A stretch of DNA of 64,000 nt from the human T2T-CHM13v2.0 reference genome, Homo sapiens (GCF_009914755.1 NC_060944.1), one strand, 5' to 3'. Shown: positions 40,001 to 53,765, numbered from the stretch's first letter. Notes: a model not told the origin generated them from the letters alone. A program made the numbers and translations.

Positions 40001-43000
40001 TCAGGAAGCCTCCCAATCATACCAGAAGACCAAGCAGCAATGGGATGTTTTATATGGGAGACATAGAAACAAAACAGAGAGAGGAAAAAGGTGCCACACA
40101 TTGTATAACCCTGTTATACAACCAGATTTCCTGAGAACTCACTATCACAAGGTCAGTATCAAGATGTTGCTGAACCATTGGTGAAAGTTCTGCCCCCTAC
40201 CACCCACACCTCTCACTGTTTCCAGGCAGAAGCCTAAGGCAGAGGCAGAGCCACTAGGAAAACCTCTACTAGGGCAGATCAGAAAAAATAGATGGGCTTG
40301 GAGGCCCCATGCAGGAGGTTACCATCCTCAGACCCCAGATTCATAGACCCACCAAAAACTTGCACTCTCAGTATGGAAAAGCTACAGGCACTGAACACCA
40401 GCCCAGCCTATGAGGGCAGCCATTGGGGCTACACCCTGCAAAGCCACAGGTGCACTGCCCTGGTAGAGGTTTTCCATGAGGCTCTGACACTGCAGCAGGC
40501 TACTCCCCCTTCCTACTGCCCACCACCCTCTCACCACCCTACTGCCAGCCTACTCCTCCCCATCTTACCCATTTGTTTTCCCTTCCACCCCTACCAACCT
40601 CCCGTTTGTGATTAAATCACCTCCCACCAGGTCCCACCTACAACAGTCAGGAATGCAATTCCCCATGAGTTTTTGTAGAGAAACACAGCCAAACCTTATT
40701 ATCCTGACCCTGACACCCCCACATCTCATGTCCTTCTCACACAGAAAAATACAAACACGTCTTTTCAACAGTTTCAAAAAGTCTTAACTCATTCCAGCAG
40801 TAACTCAAATGTAGTAAATTCAAGTCTCATCCAAAACAAGACCAATCTTTTCTGCCTATGAGTCCCTGAATGTAAAAGACAATTCTTTTCTTTCAAGTTA
40901 AAACGATGGCACAGGCAATGGGTAAGCTTTCTCAAACCAAAGGGAAGATTTTCCCAGAAAAATAACACAAATGGGACACAGGCCCAATCCGACTCCAAAA
41001 CCCAGCAGGACAGCATTCATTTATCATGAGAACTCACTATCACACAGACTGCATTAAGGAGACAGTATTTAACCATTTGTGAAGGATCTGCCACCCATCC
41101 CCATGTTTCACCCTCACTCACACCATGAATGTCCATTCCCCCACATCCCCCTTCCAACCCCCATTCTCTACTATGATTAAATCACCTTCTACCAAGCCCC
41201 ACATTTAACATTCCCAATTATAATTCCACATGAGTTTTGGTAGGGACACAGAGCCAAATCATATTATTCTCCCTTTGGACCCCCAATCTCACAACCTTCT
41301 CATACTGCAAAATACAATGATGCATTCTCTACAGTCCCCCAGTGTCTGAACTCATTCCAGCATTTACTCAAATGTCCATTTGTGAAGGATCCACCCCCCA
41401 CCCCTGCCTTTCACCCCTAACCCCACCACAATGCCCCCAACCCTCCTCACCCCCTAATCCCCCCCACACTCCCCACCCCACCAACCATCCCACCTCCACT
41501 CTCCACCATGATTAAATCACCTTCCACCAGCCCCTACCTTTAACATTTCCCATTAAAATTCCACATGAGTTTTGGTAGAGACACAGAGCCAAAACATATT
41601 ATTCTGTCCCTGGTCCCCCAAGGTTCATGTCTTTCTCACATTACAAAACGCAATGATGCCTTCCCTAGAGTCCCCCAAATCTTAACTCATCCCAGCATTT
41701 ACTCAAATGTCCAAAGCCCGAAGTCTCTTCTGGGACAAGGCTGCCATACCTTCTGCCCTGAGCCTCTGAAATACAAAGCAAGTTAACCACTTCCAAGGTA
41801 CAATGATTGTACAGGCATTGGGTAAGCATTCCAAGCCAAAAAGAAGAAATTTGCCAGAAAGAAGCACAAAACACAGATGAGACTTAAAAACCCCCTGCAA
41901 GTCAAAAACCCAGCAGGCCAGTCATTCCATCATACAGCTCCAAGTCATCTTTTTGGAATCTATGTCCACATCCAGAGCACAGGTTGGTGTGATGGCTGGA
42001 ATCCCAAGGCCTTGGGCAGCTCTGCACATGTGGCATTGCAAAATCTTCCCCCTACAGCTGACCTCATTGGCTAGGCTGGCGTTGAGTGCCTGTAGCTTTT
42101 CAACACTAAGGGGGCAAGCAGCTGGTGGGTCTATGAAACTGAGGTCTGGAAAATGGTGCCTCCCTGTATGGGGACTCCAACCCTATACTTTCCTTGTGTA
42201 CTGCCTGAGTAGAGGTTTACCATGAGGCTCTGACTCTTGGAAAAGCTTCTGGCTAGACACTCAGGCTTTCTGATATATCCTCTGGAGTCCAGACAAAGGC
42301 TCTGAAGCTTCTAGTCCTGTGCTTTATGTACCTGCTGGCTTAACACTACGTAGAAGCCACCAAGGCTTGGAGCTTGCATCCTCTGAAGCAGTGATGCAAG
42401 CTGTACCTGTACATCTTTCATCCATGGCTGGAGCTGGAAAAGGAGCTGCAGGGATGGAGGCAGCAGTGTCCTGAGGCTGCACACAGCAGTGGAGCCATGA
42501 GGCTGGGCCAGGAAAATATTCTTTTCTCCTAAACCCCAGGGCCAGTGACAGCAAGGGCTGCTACAAAGGTCTCTGAAATGCCTTCAAGGCCTTTTTCCCA
42601 TTGTCTTGAATTATTAGCATTGGGCTCCTTTTTATGCAAATATCCGAAGCCTTCTTGATTTTCCCCCTGAAAATCAGCTTTTCTTTTTGACCACTTGTCC
42701 AGATTACAAATTTTCCAAATGTTAAAGCTCTGCTTCTCATTTAAATATAAGTTCCAACTTATGGTCATTTCTTTCATCACACATAGGAGCACAGGCTGTT
42801 CGATGTAGGCCAGACAACTCTTGAGCTTTGCTGCTTAGAAGTTCATTCCACCAGATACACCCTAAATCATCACCCTCGAGTTCAGTTTCACAGATCTCCC
42901 GGGAAGGGTCACTGTGTAGCCAATTACTTTGCTAAGTCAAAAAAAAAAAAAAACCTTAGCTCCTTTTCCCAGTAAGTTCCTCATTTTCATCTGAGACCTT

Positions 43001-46000
43001 ACAAGGCTATCTTCACTGTCCATCCTTCTGTCAGCCTTTTACTCACAACTATTTAACAAGTCTCTGCAATGGTCCAAACTTTCCCTCATCTTCCTGTCTT
43101 CTTCCAAGCTCTCCAAACTCTCTAACCTCTCGCCACTACCCAATTTGGAACCTGCTTCTACACTGTCAGCTATCTTTGTTGCAGCCTGGCAATGTGGTAA
43201 AAGAAGAAAAGTCCATTATCAGGGGGAAACATCAAGATGGCCTCCAATATTTGCATTGAAAAAAGCTCAGTGCTAATAGCCAAGAGAATGGGGGAAACTC
43301 CTAGAAGTCATTTCATAACTTCACTTCACAGCATTAATTTTCTGTATCTACATAAAGAAAAGAGGTCTAATTGACTCACAGTTCTTCAGGCTGTAAAGAA
43401 AGCATAGTGGTTTCTGCTTGTAGGAGGACTCAGGAAGCCTCCCAATTATACCAGAAGGCCAAGCGGCAATGAAATGTTTCATATGGCAGGAGTAGAAGCA
43501 AGACAGAGAGAGGAAAGAGGTGTGATATCCTGTTATACAACTAGATCTCATGAGAGCTCACTATCAGGAGATCAGCATTAAGATGGTGCTTAACTGATGG
43601 TGAAGGATCCGCCCACCACCCCATATCCACCACCAACTGTTTCCAAGCAAAAGCCTGCGGCAGAGACAGATCCTCTTGGAAAACCTCTACTAGGGCAGTG
43701 CAGAAGGAAAATATGGGCTTGGAGCCCCCACGCCACCATCCTCCAGCCCCAAGAGTCATGGACCCACCAACAGCTCACACCCCCAGTATGGAATACCAGC
43801 CCAGCCCATGAGTGCAGCTGCAGGTGCTAAACCCTGCAAAGCCACAGGTGCTCTGCCTTAGTAGAGGTTTTCCATGAGCCTCTGCCTCTGTGGCAGGCTA
43901 CTCCCCTCCTGCTACACACCACCCTACAGCCAGCCTACTCCTCCCCACATTACCCACCTGTTTTTACTTCCAACCCCACCCCTCTCCCATCCATGAATAA
44001 GTCACCTCCCACCAGGCCCCACCTGCAACATTCAGGATTACAATTACATGTGAGTTTAGGTAGGGACATGCAGCTAAATCATACTATTCTGACCCCGATC
44101 CCCCAAATATCATATCCTTCTCACAGAGTAAAATACAATCATGCCTTTTCAAAAGTTGCCGAAAGTCTTAAGTCATTTCAGCATTAACTCGAATGTAAAA
44201 AGTTCCACGTCTCATCTGAGAAAAGGCTACAGTCCCTTTTGCCTATATGTCCCTGAATTTAAAAGGGAGATCTTTTCTTTCAAGGTACAATGATGGTACA
44301 GGCATTGGGTAAGTTTTCCCAATCCAAAGGGTAGAGGTTTGCCAGGAAAATAACACAAATGGGATCACAGGGCCAATGCAGGTCCAAAACCCAGGAGGCC
44401 AGTATCCATTCAATCTCACGGCTCCAAAACCGTCACGAGAACTCACCATCATGAGGAAAGGATTAAGTAGATGGTGTTTAACTATTTGTGAGGGATCCTC
44501 CCCCACCCCCACTTTTCATCCCTCACCCCCACCATAATCCACCCATTCTCCCCAATCTCCACCTTCCAAAACCCAGTGTCCTCCATGATTAAATCACCTT
44601 CCACCTGGCCCCACTTTTAACATTTCTGATTACAATTCCACATGAGTTTCCATAGGGACACACAGCCGAATCTTATTCCTCTGTCTCTGCCTCCCCAAAT
44701 CTCATGTCCTTCTCACTTTGCAAAATACAGTGATGCCTTACTTACCATTCCCTAAGCCACTATGCTTTTTTTTTTACAGCCTACAGAACCTTGAGCCAAT
44801 TAAACCCCTTTTTGTTATGATCATACAGAAAATTAGTACTGTGAAGTGAAACTATGAAATGCCTTCAATGACTTTTCCCCATCGTCTTGGCTAAAACCCC
44901 CAACTTCTTAACTCATTCCAGCATTTACTTAAATGTCTGAAGCCCAAAGTCTCGTCTGAGACAAAGATGCCATCCTTTCTGCTCCTGAGCCTCTGAAATA
45001 CAAAGCAAGTTAACTACTTCCAAGGTATGATTGTCCAGACATTGAGTAAGAATTCCCACCCTAAAGGAAGATTTTTTGCCAGAGAGAACAACGAAACACA
45101 AACGGGACTTACAGATCCCATGAAAATCCAAAACCCAGCAGGCCAGTTATTAAAACGTACAGCTCCAAAGTCATCCTTTTTTAATCCTTGTCCCACATCC
45201 AGGGCACAAGGGCATGAGGGCTGGGCTCCCAAGGCCTTGGGCAGGTCTGCACCTGTGGCTTTGCAGTTTTCAGTTCCCGCAGCTGCCCTCATGGGCTGTG
45301 CTGGTGTTGAGTGCCTGTAGTTTTCACCCACAGAGGGTACAAAGCTCTTGGTGGGTCTATGAATCTGGGGTCTGCATGATGGTGGCCTCCAGTGTGGGGG
45401 CTCCAACCCCATATTTTCCTTCTGCACTGCCCTAGTAGAGGTTTCCCAAGAGGCTCTGGTTTTTGGCAGCCTTCTGTCTGGACACCCAAACATTTTCATA
45501 CATCTTCCAAAATCTATATGAAGGCTCCGAAGCCTCTGGGCTAGTGATCTATGGACTCGCTGGCTTAACACTATGTGGAAGCCATGAAGCCTTATAGCTT
45601 CTACCCTCTGAAGCAGTGATGCAATCTGTACCTGTGCATCTTTCAGCCAAGGTCGGAGCAGGAGATGGGGCTGCTGGGATGCAGGCAGCAGCGTCCTGAG
45701 GCTGCACTCAGCAGCAGGGCCATGGGGCTGGCCCCGGAAACCATTCTTCTCTCCTAGGCCCCAGGGACTGTGACAGCAAGGGCTGCTGCAAACATCTCTG
45801 AAATGCCTCCAAGGTTTTTTCCCCCATTGTCTTGGCTATTAGCACTGGCCTCCATTTTATGCAAATTTCTGGAGCCTTCATGAATTTTCCCCCTGAAAAT
45901 CAGCTTTTCTTTTTGAACACTTGGCCAGGCTGCAAATGTTCCAAACTTTTGAGCTCTGCTTGTCATTTTTAAATATAAGTTCCAACTTGAGGTCATTTCC

Positions 46001-49000
46001 TCGGTCACACATAACCTCGGTCACACAAGAGCACAGGCTGTTTGATGCAGACAGGATCCCCCTTGTGCTATGCTGCCTAGAACTTCATTCCACCAGATAT
46101 GTACTAAATCGTCACCCTCAAGTTAAAAGTTTCACAGATCTCGAGGGCAAGGTCACCCTGCAGCCATGTTCTTTGCTACAGCAAAACAAAAGTAACCTTG
46201 GCTCCTGTTCCCAGTAATTTCCTCATTTTCATCTGAGACCTTGTAAGCCTGGCCTTCACTGTCCATCCTTCTGCCAGCCTTTTAATCACAACTATTTAAC
46301 AAGTGCCTACGATGGTCCAAAATTTCTTCATCTTCCTGTCTTCTTTCAAGCTCTCCAAACTCTCCAACCTCTGGCTTTTACACACTTCTGAACCTGCTTT
46401 ACATTTTCAGCTATCTTTGTTGCTGCTTGGTAATGTAGAAGAAAAAGAAGTCCATTTTCAGGGGGAAACTTCAAGAAGGCTTCAGATATTTGCATTAAAA
46501 AGAAGTCCAGTGCTAATAGTCAAGACGATGGGGAAATGTCATTGAAGATATTTCATAGCTCCACTTCACAGTACTTTATTTTCTGTATGATCATAATGAA
46601 AAGGGGTTTAATTGGCCCATGGTTCTGCAGGCTGTAAAGAAAGCACAGTGGCTTCTGCTTCTGGAAGGACTCAGGAAGCCTCCCAATCATACCAGTAGGA
46701 AAACAGCAATGAAATGTTTCATACGGCAGGAGCAGGAGCAAGGCTGAGAGAGGAATGAGGTGCCACATCGTTATATAACCAGATCTCATGAGAACTCACT
46801 ATCACTAGGTCAGCATCAAGAAGATAGTGCTTAACCATTGGTGAAGGATCCACCCCCCAACACAGTTCCACCTCCTACTGTTCCAAACAGAAGCCTGCTG
46901 CAGAGGCAGAGGCTCTTGGGAATCCTGTACTATGGTAGTGCAGAAGGAAAATAAGGGCTTTGAGTGACTATGCAGGAGGCAACCATCCTCTAAACCCCAG
47001 ATTCATAGACCTACCAACAGTTCACACCCTCAGTATGGAAAAGCTACAGGCACTCAACACTAGTCCAGTCTATGAAAGAAGCCATGGGGGCTCAGACCTG
47101 CAAAGCCACAGGTGCACTTCCTTAGTAGGGATTTTCCATGAGGCTCTGCCTCTGCAGCAGGCTACTCCCCCTTCCTACTAACCACCACCCTCCCACCACC
47201 CTACAGACAGCCTACTCTTCCCCACCCTACCCACCCCTTTTTTCTTCCACCCCTACCCCTCCCATCCATGATTAAATAATCTCCCACCAGGTCCCGCCTC
47301 CAACATTTGGGATTACAATTCCACATGAGTTTTTCCAGGGGCACACAGCCAAATCATATTATGCTGACCTTGACCCCCCAAATCTCATATCCTTCTCACA
47401 GAATAAAATACATTCATGTCTTTTCAAAAGTTTCCAAAAGCCTTAACTCATTCCTACATTAACTCACATGTAAAAAGTTCAAAGTCTTATCTGAGACGAG
47501 GCTACTATCTCTTCTGCCTATGAGTCCCTGAAGTTAAAAAGGTGTTTGTTTCTTTCAAGGTACAATGATGGTACAGGTATTGGGTAAGCTTTCTCAATCC
47601 AAAGGGAAGAAATTTCCAAGAAAAATAACATAAATGGGACCACAGGCCCAATGGACATCCAAAATCCAGCAGGTCAGTGTTCATTCAATCTCACAGCTCC
47701 AAAATCATGAAGAGAACTCACTATCAGAAGGACAGCATTAAGGAGATGGTGTTTAACCATTTGTGAAGGATCCACCCCCACCTCTGCCTTTCACCCCCAA
47801 CCCCACCACAATCCCCTCCAACCCTCCCCACCCCCAATCCCCTCCAACCCTCCTCGCCCCCCAATCCTCCCCAACCCTCCCCGCTCCCCAACCATCCAAA
47901 CTCCACTCTTCACCATGATTAAATCACCTTCCACCAGCCCCCACCTTTAACATTTCCTATTAATATTCCGCATGAGCTTTGGTAGAGACAGAGAGCCAAA
48001 ACATATTATTTTGTCCCTGGTCCCCCAAAGTTCATGTCTTTCTCACATTGCAAAATGCAATGATGGCTTCCCTAGAGTCTCTCAAATCTTAACCCATTCC
48101 AGCATCTACTCAAAGGCCCAAAGCCCAGAGTCTTATCTGAGACAAGTGTACAGTCCCTTCTGCCCATGAGTCACTGAATTATAAAGAAACTTTACTACTT
48201 CCAAGGTACAAGGATTGTACAGGCAATGGGTAAGCATTCCCAGCCAACAGAAAAAAAAATTGCTAGAAAGAAGCACAAAACACAGATGGGACTCATAGGA
48301 TACATAAATGTCCAAAACCCAGCAGGCCAGTCACTCAATGCTACAGCTCCAAAATCATCATTTTTGAATCCTTGTCCCATATCCATGGCACAGGGCTGTG
48401 AGGGCTGAGCTCCCAGGGCCTTGGGCAGATCTACACCTGTGGCATTGCAGCGTTCAGACTCCGCGGCTGTCTCTCATGGACAGGGCTGTTGTTGAGTGGC
48501 CGTAGCTTTTCCCCACTGAGGGTGCAAGCTGTTTGTGGGTCTATGAATCTGGGGTTTAGAGAATGATGCCTCCCTGTGTGGGGGCTTCAACCCTATAGGT
48601 CCCTTCTTTGCTCCCCTAGTAGAGGTTCCCCATGAGGCTCTGTCTCTTAGAAAAGCTTCTTCCTGAACATCCAGGATTTTCTATACATCTTCTGGAGTCT
48701 AGACGGGAGCTCCCAAGCCTCTAATCTCTTTCTCTGTGCACCTACTGGCTTAACACTATATGGAAACCATCAAGACTTTGAGCCACCTCTGAAGCAATGA
48801 CCCAAGCTGTACCTGTACATCTTTCAGCCATGGCTGGTGCTGGAGCTGCACGGATGCAGGCAGCAGTGTCCTGAGGTTGAGTACAGAAGCAGGGCCATGA
48901 GACTGGCTTAGGAAACCATTCTTCTCTCCTAGGCCCCAGGGCCTGTGACAACAAGGGCTGCTGCAGACATCTCTAAAATACCTTCAAGTCCGGTTTCCCA

Positions 49001-51937
49001 TTGTCTTGGCTATTTGCAGTGGGTTCCTTTTTATGCAAATACCCTAAGCCTTCTTGAATTTTCCCCCTCAAAATTGGCTTTTCTTTTTGACCACTTGGCC
49101 AGGCTCCAAATTTTCCAAACTTTAGATCTCCACTTGAAGTTCCAACTTGAAGTCATTTCTTAGGTCACCCATAAGAACACAGGCTGTTCAATGCAGACAG
49201 GACACCTGTTGTGCTATGCTGCCTAGATGTTTATTTCACCAGATACATCCTAAATCATCACCCCCAAGTTCATAGTTTCACAGACCTCCAGGGCAGGGTC
49301 CCCGTGCAGCCAGCTTCTTTGCTAAGGCCAATCAAATGTAATCTTGGCTCCTGTTCCTAGGAAATTCCTCATTTTCATCTGAGACCTTTTAAGTCTGGAC
49401 TTCAGTGTTTACCCTTTTGTCAGCCTTCTGATCACAAGTATTTAACAATTCTCTATAGTGGTCCAATATTTTCCTCATCTTGCTGTCTTCCAAGCTTTCC
49501 CAACTCTTCTGACCTCTGTCTTTTACACACTTCTGAACCTGGTTCTACATTGTCAGCTATCTTTATCACAGCCTGGCAATGTGGTAAAACAGAAAAGTCC
49601 ATTTTCAGGGGGAAAATTCACGAAGGATTCAGATATTTGAATGAAAAGAAGCTGAGTGCTGGTTGCCAAGACAAAGGGGAAAGGGCCTTGAAGGCATTTA
49701 ATGGCTCCACTTCATAGCACTAATTTTCTGTATGATCATAAAAAAAAGAGGCTTAATTGGCTCACGATTCAGCAGGCTGTAAAGGAAGCATAGTGGCTTC
49801 TGCTTCTGGGAGGATCAGATCAGGAAGCCTCCCAATCATATCAGAAGGCCAAGGGGCAATGAGATATTTCAAATATCTCATTGCAGGAGTAGAAGCAAGA
49901 CTGAGAGAGGAAAGAGGTGCCACCCCCTGTTATATAACCAGATCTCATGAGAACACACTGTCATGAGGACAACATCAAGAAGACGTTGCCTAACCATTGG
50001 TGAAGGATCTGACTCCCACCCCCACCTCCCACTGTTTCCAGGCAGAAGCCTGCTGCAGATGAAGAGTTCTTGGGAAACCTCTACTAGGGCAGTGCAGAAA
50101 GAAAATATGGACTTGGAGCCCCCACGCAGGGGGCAACCACCCTCCAGATCCCAGATTCATAAACCCACCAACAGCTTGCACCCTCCGTGTGGAAAAGCTA
50201 CAGGCACTCAACACTAGTCCAGTCTATGAAAGAAGCCATGGGGGCTCAGACCTGCAAAGCCACAGGTGCACTTCCTTAGTAGGGATTTTCCATGAGGCTC
50301 TGCCTCTGCAGCAGGCTACTCCCCCTTCCTACTACCCACCACCCTCCCACCACCGTACAGCCAGTCTAATCCCTCCCACCCTACCCACCCCTTTTTCCCT
50401 TCCACATCCACCCGTACCCATCCATGATTAAATCACTCCCTCCCACTCCCTCTCATACTCTAATCCCTCCAAGCCCTTCCAATCTTTGTTTGCTACCCAC
50501 TATTGAGCCTGCTTCTACTTTTTCAGATATCTGTATAGCAGGTTGGCTATGTAGCAATAACAAAAATCCCATTTAAGGGGAAACATTCAAGAAGATTTCA
50601 GAAATTTGCATATAAAGAAGCCCTGTGCTAATAGCCAAGACAAAGGGAAAAAGGCCTTGAAGACATTTCACAGCTCCTCTCTGCAGTTCTAATTTTCTGT
50701 ATTATTGTAAATAAAAGAGGTGTAATTGACTCATGATTCTGCAAGCTGTGAAAGAAGCATTGTGTCTTCTGTTTCTGGGAGGAATCAGGAAGACTCCTCA
50801 TTATATCAGAAAACCAAGGGACAATGAGATGTCTCCTAAAGCAGGAGTAGGAGGAAGACAGAGTGAGGGAAGAGGTTCCACAGCCTGTTAAACAACCAGA
50901 TCTCATGAGAACTCACTCACTATCAGGAGGATAGCATCAAGGTGATGGTCCTTTATCATTCGTGAAGTATCTACATGCACCATTTTATGACTAAATCTTT
51001 TTCCACCTAGGCCCCGCCTCTAACATTACAAAATATAATTCCACATGAGTTTTGGTAGGGACATAGAGAAAAACCATATTATTCTGCCCCTGACCCCATG
51101 AATCTCATGTCCTTCTCACATTGCAAAATACAATCATGCCTTGGCAGCAGTCTCCCAAAGTCTTAACACATTTCAGGATTAACTCAAAGTTACAAAGTCC
51201 AAAGTCTCATCTGGGTCAAGGCTGCAGTCTATTTTGCCTATAAGTCTCTGACATAAAAAGCAAGTTCACTGCTTCTAGGGTACAATGATGGTACAGGCAT
51301 TGTGTAAGCTTTCCATATCCAAAAGAAAGACATTTTCCAGAAAGCTTCTTATTTCTCTCTGAGACCTCCTCAGTCTGGCCTTCACTGTCCATGTTTCTGT
51401 CAGGATTTTTGTCACAGCCATTGAGCCAGACTCTAAGATGGTCCAAAAGTTTTCTCATCTATCTGTCTTCTTTTGAGCCTTCCAAACTCTTCCAATCTCC
51501 TTCCATTACCTGGTTCCAAAGTTGCTTCCACATTTCCAGGTATCTTTATAGCAATATTCCAAGTCCCCATTTGCCATTTTCTGTATGATTTACTTTGAAA
51601 AAGAGGTTTAATTGGCTCATGGTTCTAAGCACAGTGCTTCTGCTTCTAGGAGGCCTCAGAAATCTTTCAATAATCATGGAAGGCAAAGAAAGAATCAGTT
51701 GTCTCACATGGCAAGGGGAAAACAAGGAGAGTAGGGAGGGGACATAGAGTTTTCAGTGACCAGATCTCATGAGAAGTCACTCATTATTGTGAGAATGCTA
51801 CAAGGGGATGGTGCTGAACCACTCATGGGAAATTTGCCTTCATAATTCAATCATCTTATACCAGGATCCACCTTCCACATTAGGAAATATAATTCAACAT
51901 GAGATTCGGTAGAGACACATATTCAAATTGCATCATC
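34085..51937 (-). repeat. Tandem array of rearranged MST LTR+internal units (five of ~2.8-3.4 kb, one of ~1 kb, and a terminal element)
   Basis: Marker atatggcaggagtaggagcaagacagag recurs at ~34110, 36990, 40053, 43481, 46721, 49881 and 50841. 50841-51937 is collinear with 19640-20753. Confidence 0.9.
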
Positions 51938-51939
51938 AA

Positions 51940-52990
51940 TATTTGAATATAAAGACATCCACAGCAGGCTTTATCCAGCCAACTTCTTTGAGACTCTTTA
52001 TAGGGTTTGAGGTCTAGAGCATATACACTAAAATATTCATACTTCAAAAAGCAATAAAGTGGTATTATCATTTTTCCAAAAGTTACAGCAGTAGTTTAGG
52101 CATTCATAGCATGATTTAATTCACATTTGCTACTGTTTCTATTCTATCACCATATTAACTGTTTCCTATACAATTTTGTATTCAGCTGGATTTCAGTTGA
52201 GCACAAAACCATCCTTGTACTAGCTCTTTGCTAGTGTTATTATTCTGCTGTAGAAAGTATCCTTGAACTGGAAACAGTCCACGATTGAGTATCGAGTCAT
52301 TCAACACTATCAATTCCTGGGTAGCTTTTTGAAAAAGTAGTATCTCTTGTTGCAAGAAATGCTGCATCTGTGAGTCCATGTCTCTCACTGGAATTGGATG
52401 GAAGTGGTGAATTTCAGCCAAAGCGGCCAAAGAAATCCTGTTCCTGTGATTCTGACATCATCAGCCTCTGCATCTCTGTCTTCCCTTCTGCCACATGTTG
52501 CCTGCTCTCTGTGACTTTGGTAAGAGCTTCCTTGTGTATGTGGATGATGTCCAAGATGTTGGTCTGATGTCCCTGAGACAGCACTAACAGGTCCATGGCT
52601 GGGTCCAGATCCTGCCTGGACTGATTGACAAAGAGCTCACTGACAGTTTGGAAGACGCTCTTTCTTAAAGCCTGTCACCACTCATTGGCTGTGAAGTTGA
52701 GCTGAGTGCCCTGTTGTCCATCTTCTTGGTGAAGCACTTGAAGCCATCAATCTTGCTCTCCCACTCCTAAAGGTTGAGTGTCACCCTGAGGGAGGGCTCA
52801 GGGCCAGGAAGAATCTGGCACTCACCATCTCATCCTTCTCAGCCTTCCTCTTGCCCTGTCTCCAGGCTGTCTCTTCAGTGCTGGTGGGGCACATCAGGAA
52901 GTGACAAAAAATGTGGCACTGTGCCTGCACCCAGAAGCTGGCTGTGTGGTTCATCTACCAGATTGGGCCCTTTCTGCACTGGAACATAGG
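51940..52990 (-). pseudogene. SNX18P: SNX18 processed pseudogene, copy B
   Basis: MDLLVLSQGHQTNILDIIHIHKEALTKVTESRQHVAEGKTEMQ and ALAEIHHFHPIPVRDMDSQMQHFLQQEILLFQKATQ; disabled by frameshifts. Confidence 0.9.
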
Positions 52991-53149
52991 TCCACTTCAC
53001 CATAGATTCCTTCCACACTGTCAGTGAGCTCTTTGCCAATCAGCCCAGGCAGAACCTGCACCCAGTCGTGGACCTGTTAGTGCTGTCTCAGGGACACCAG
53101 GCCAAAATTCTGGACATCATCCACATATCCAAGGAAGCTCTTACCAGAG

Positions 53150-53765
53150 TCCTCCTCAAGATGGCCTGTGGTCTGCCTCTTGGCACCTGAGAAGCCCACA
53201 GTGCTGTAGAAGCCCCGATGCATGGACTGGAGCCCCAAAGGTGGCACACACTCCGCTCCTGAGCCTTCTGCTTGTTTCCTCTATGTGGCTCCATTTGCAG
53301 CACATTTGTTGCACTGAGGCCTATGCATCCCAGGCAAAGCCAAGCTGGCTCAAAGAGCAACGAGCCACCTCTGCAAGGGTGTGCCAGGAGCCAATGGACC
53401 AGCCACCAACATCACTCCCTGCCAGTCAGGGTAAATCAGTTATTCTGCCCTGGAGGTAGAGCCCCAGTGCCATCTGCTTTTCCTCAGGTCTCCACTCCAT
53501 CAGCTGTCTTGTGGTGGTCACTCAGGCTGTGGGAACCTGGCCATCCCTGTTTCCTTGAGTGGGTGAGGTTGGTGACTGCTCCACCTGCTCCTGGCACACC
53601 CTTGCAGAGGTGGCTGGTTGCTCTTTGAGCCATCTTGTCCTTGCCTGGCATGCACAGGCCCCAGGTACTGAGAAGTTGCTCCGAGTAAGCTTGTCTTGGC
53701 CCAAATTCTAAGTCTGGCCAAGGCCACAGAAGGCCGAGTCCCCTGGGTGGTAATCCTGGCTGCAG
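53150..53765. repeat. Single copy of the hairpin unit that is amplified at 21.9-24.5 kb
   Basis: Arms ~53317-53416 and ~53563-53660. Confidence 0.85.

Noticed and set aside
41414-41460. ccctaa motifs as interstitial telomere sequence
   Set aside because: Isolated hexamers within C-rich low-complexity DNA, not tandem.
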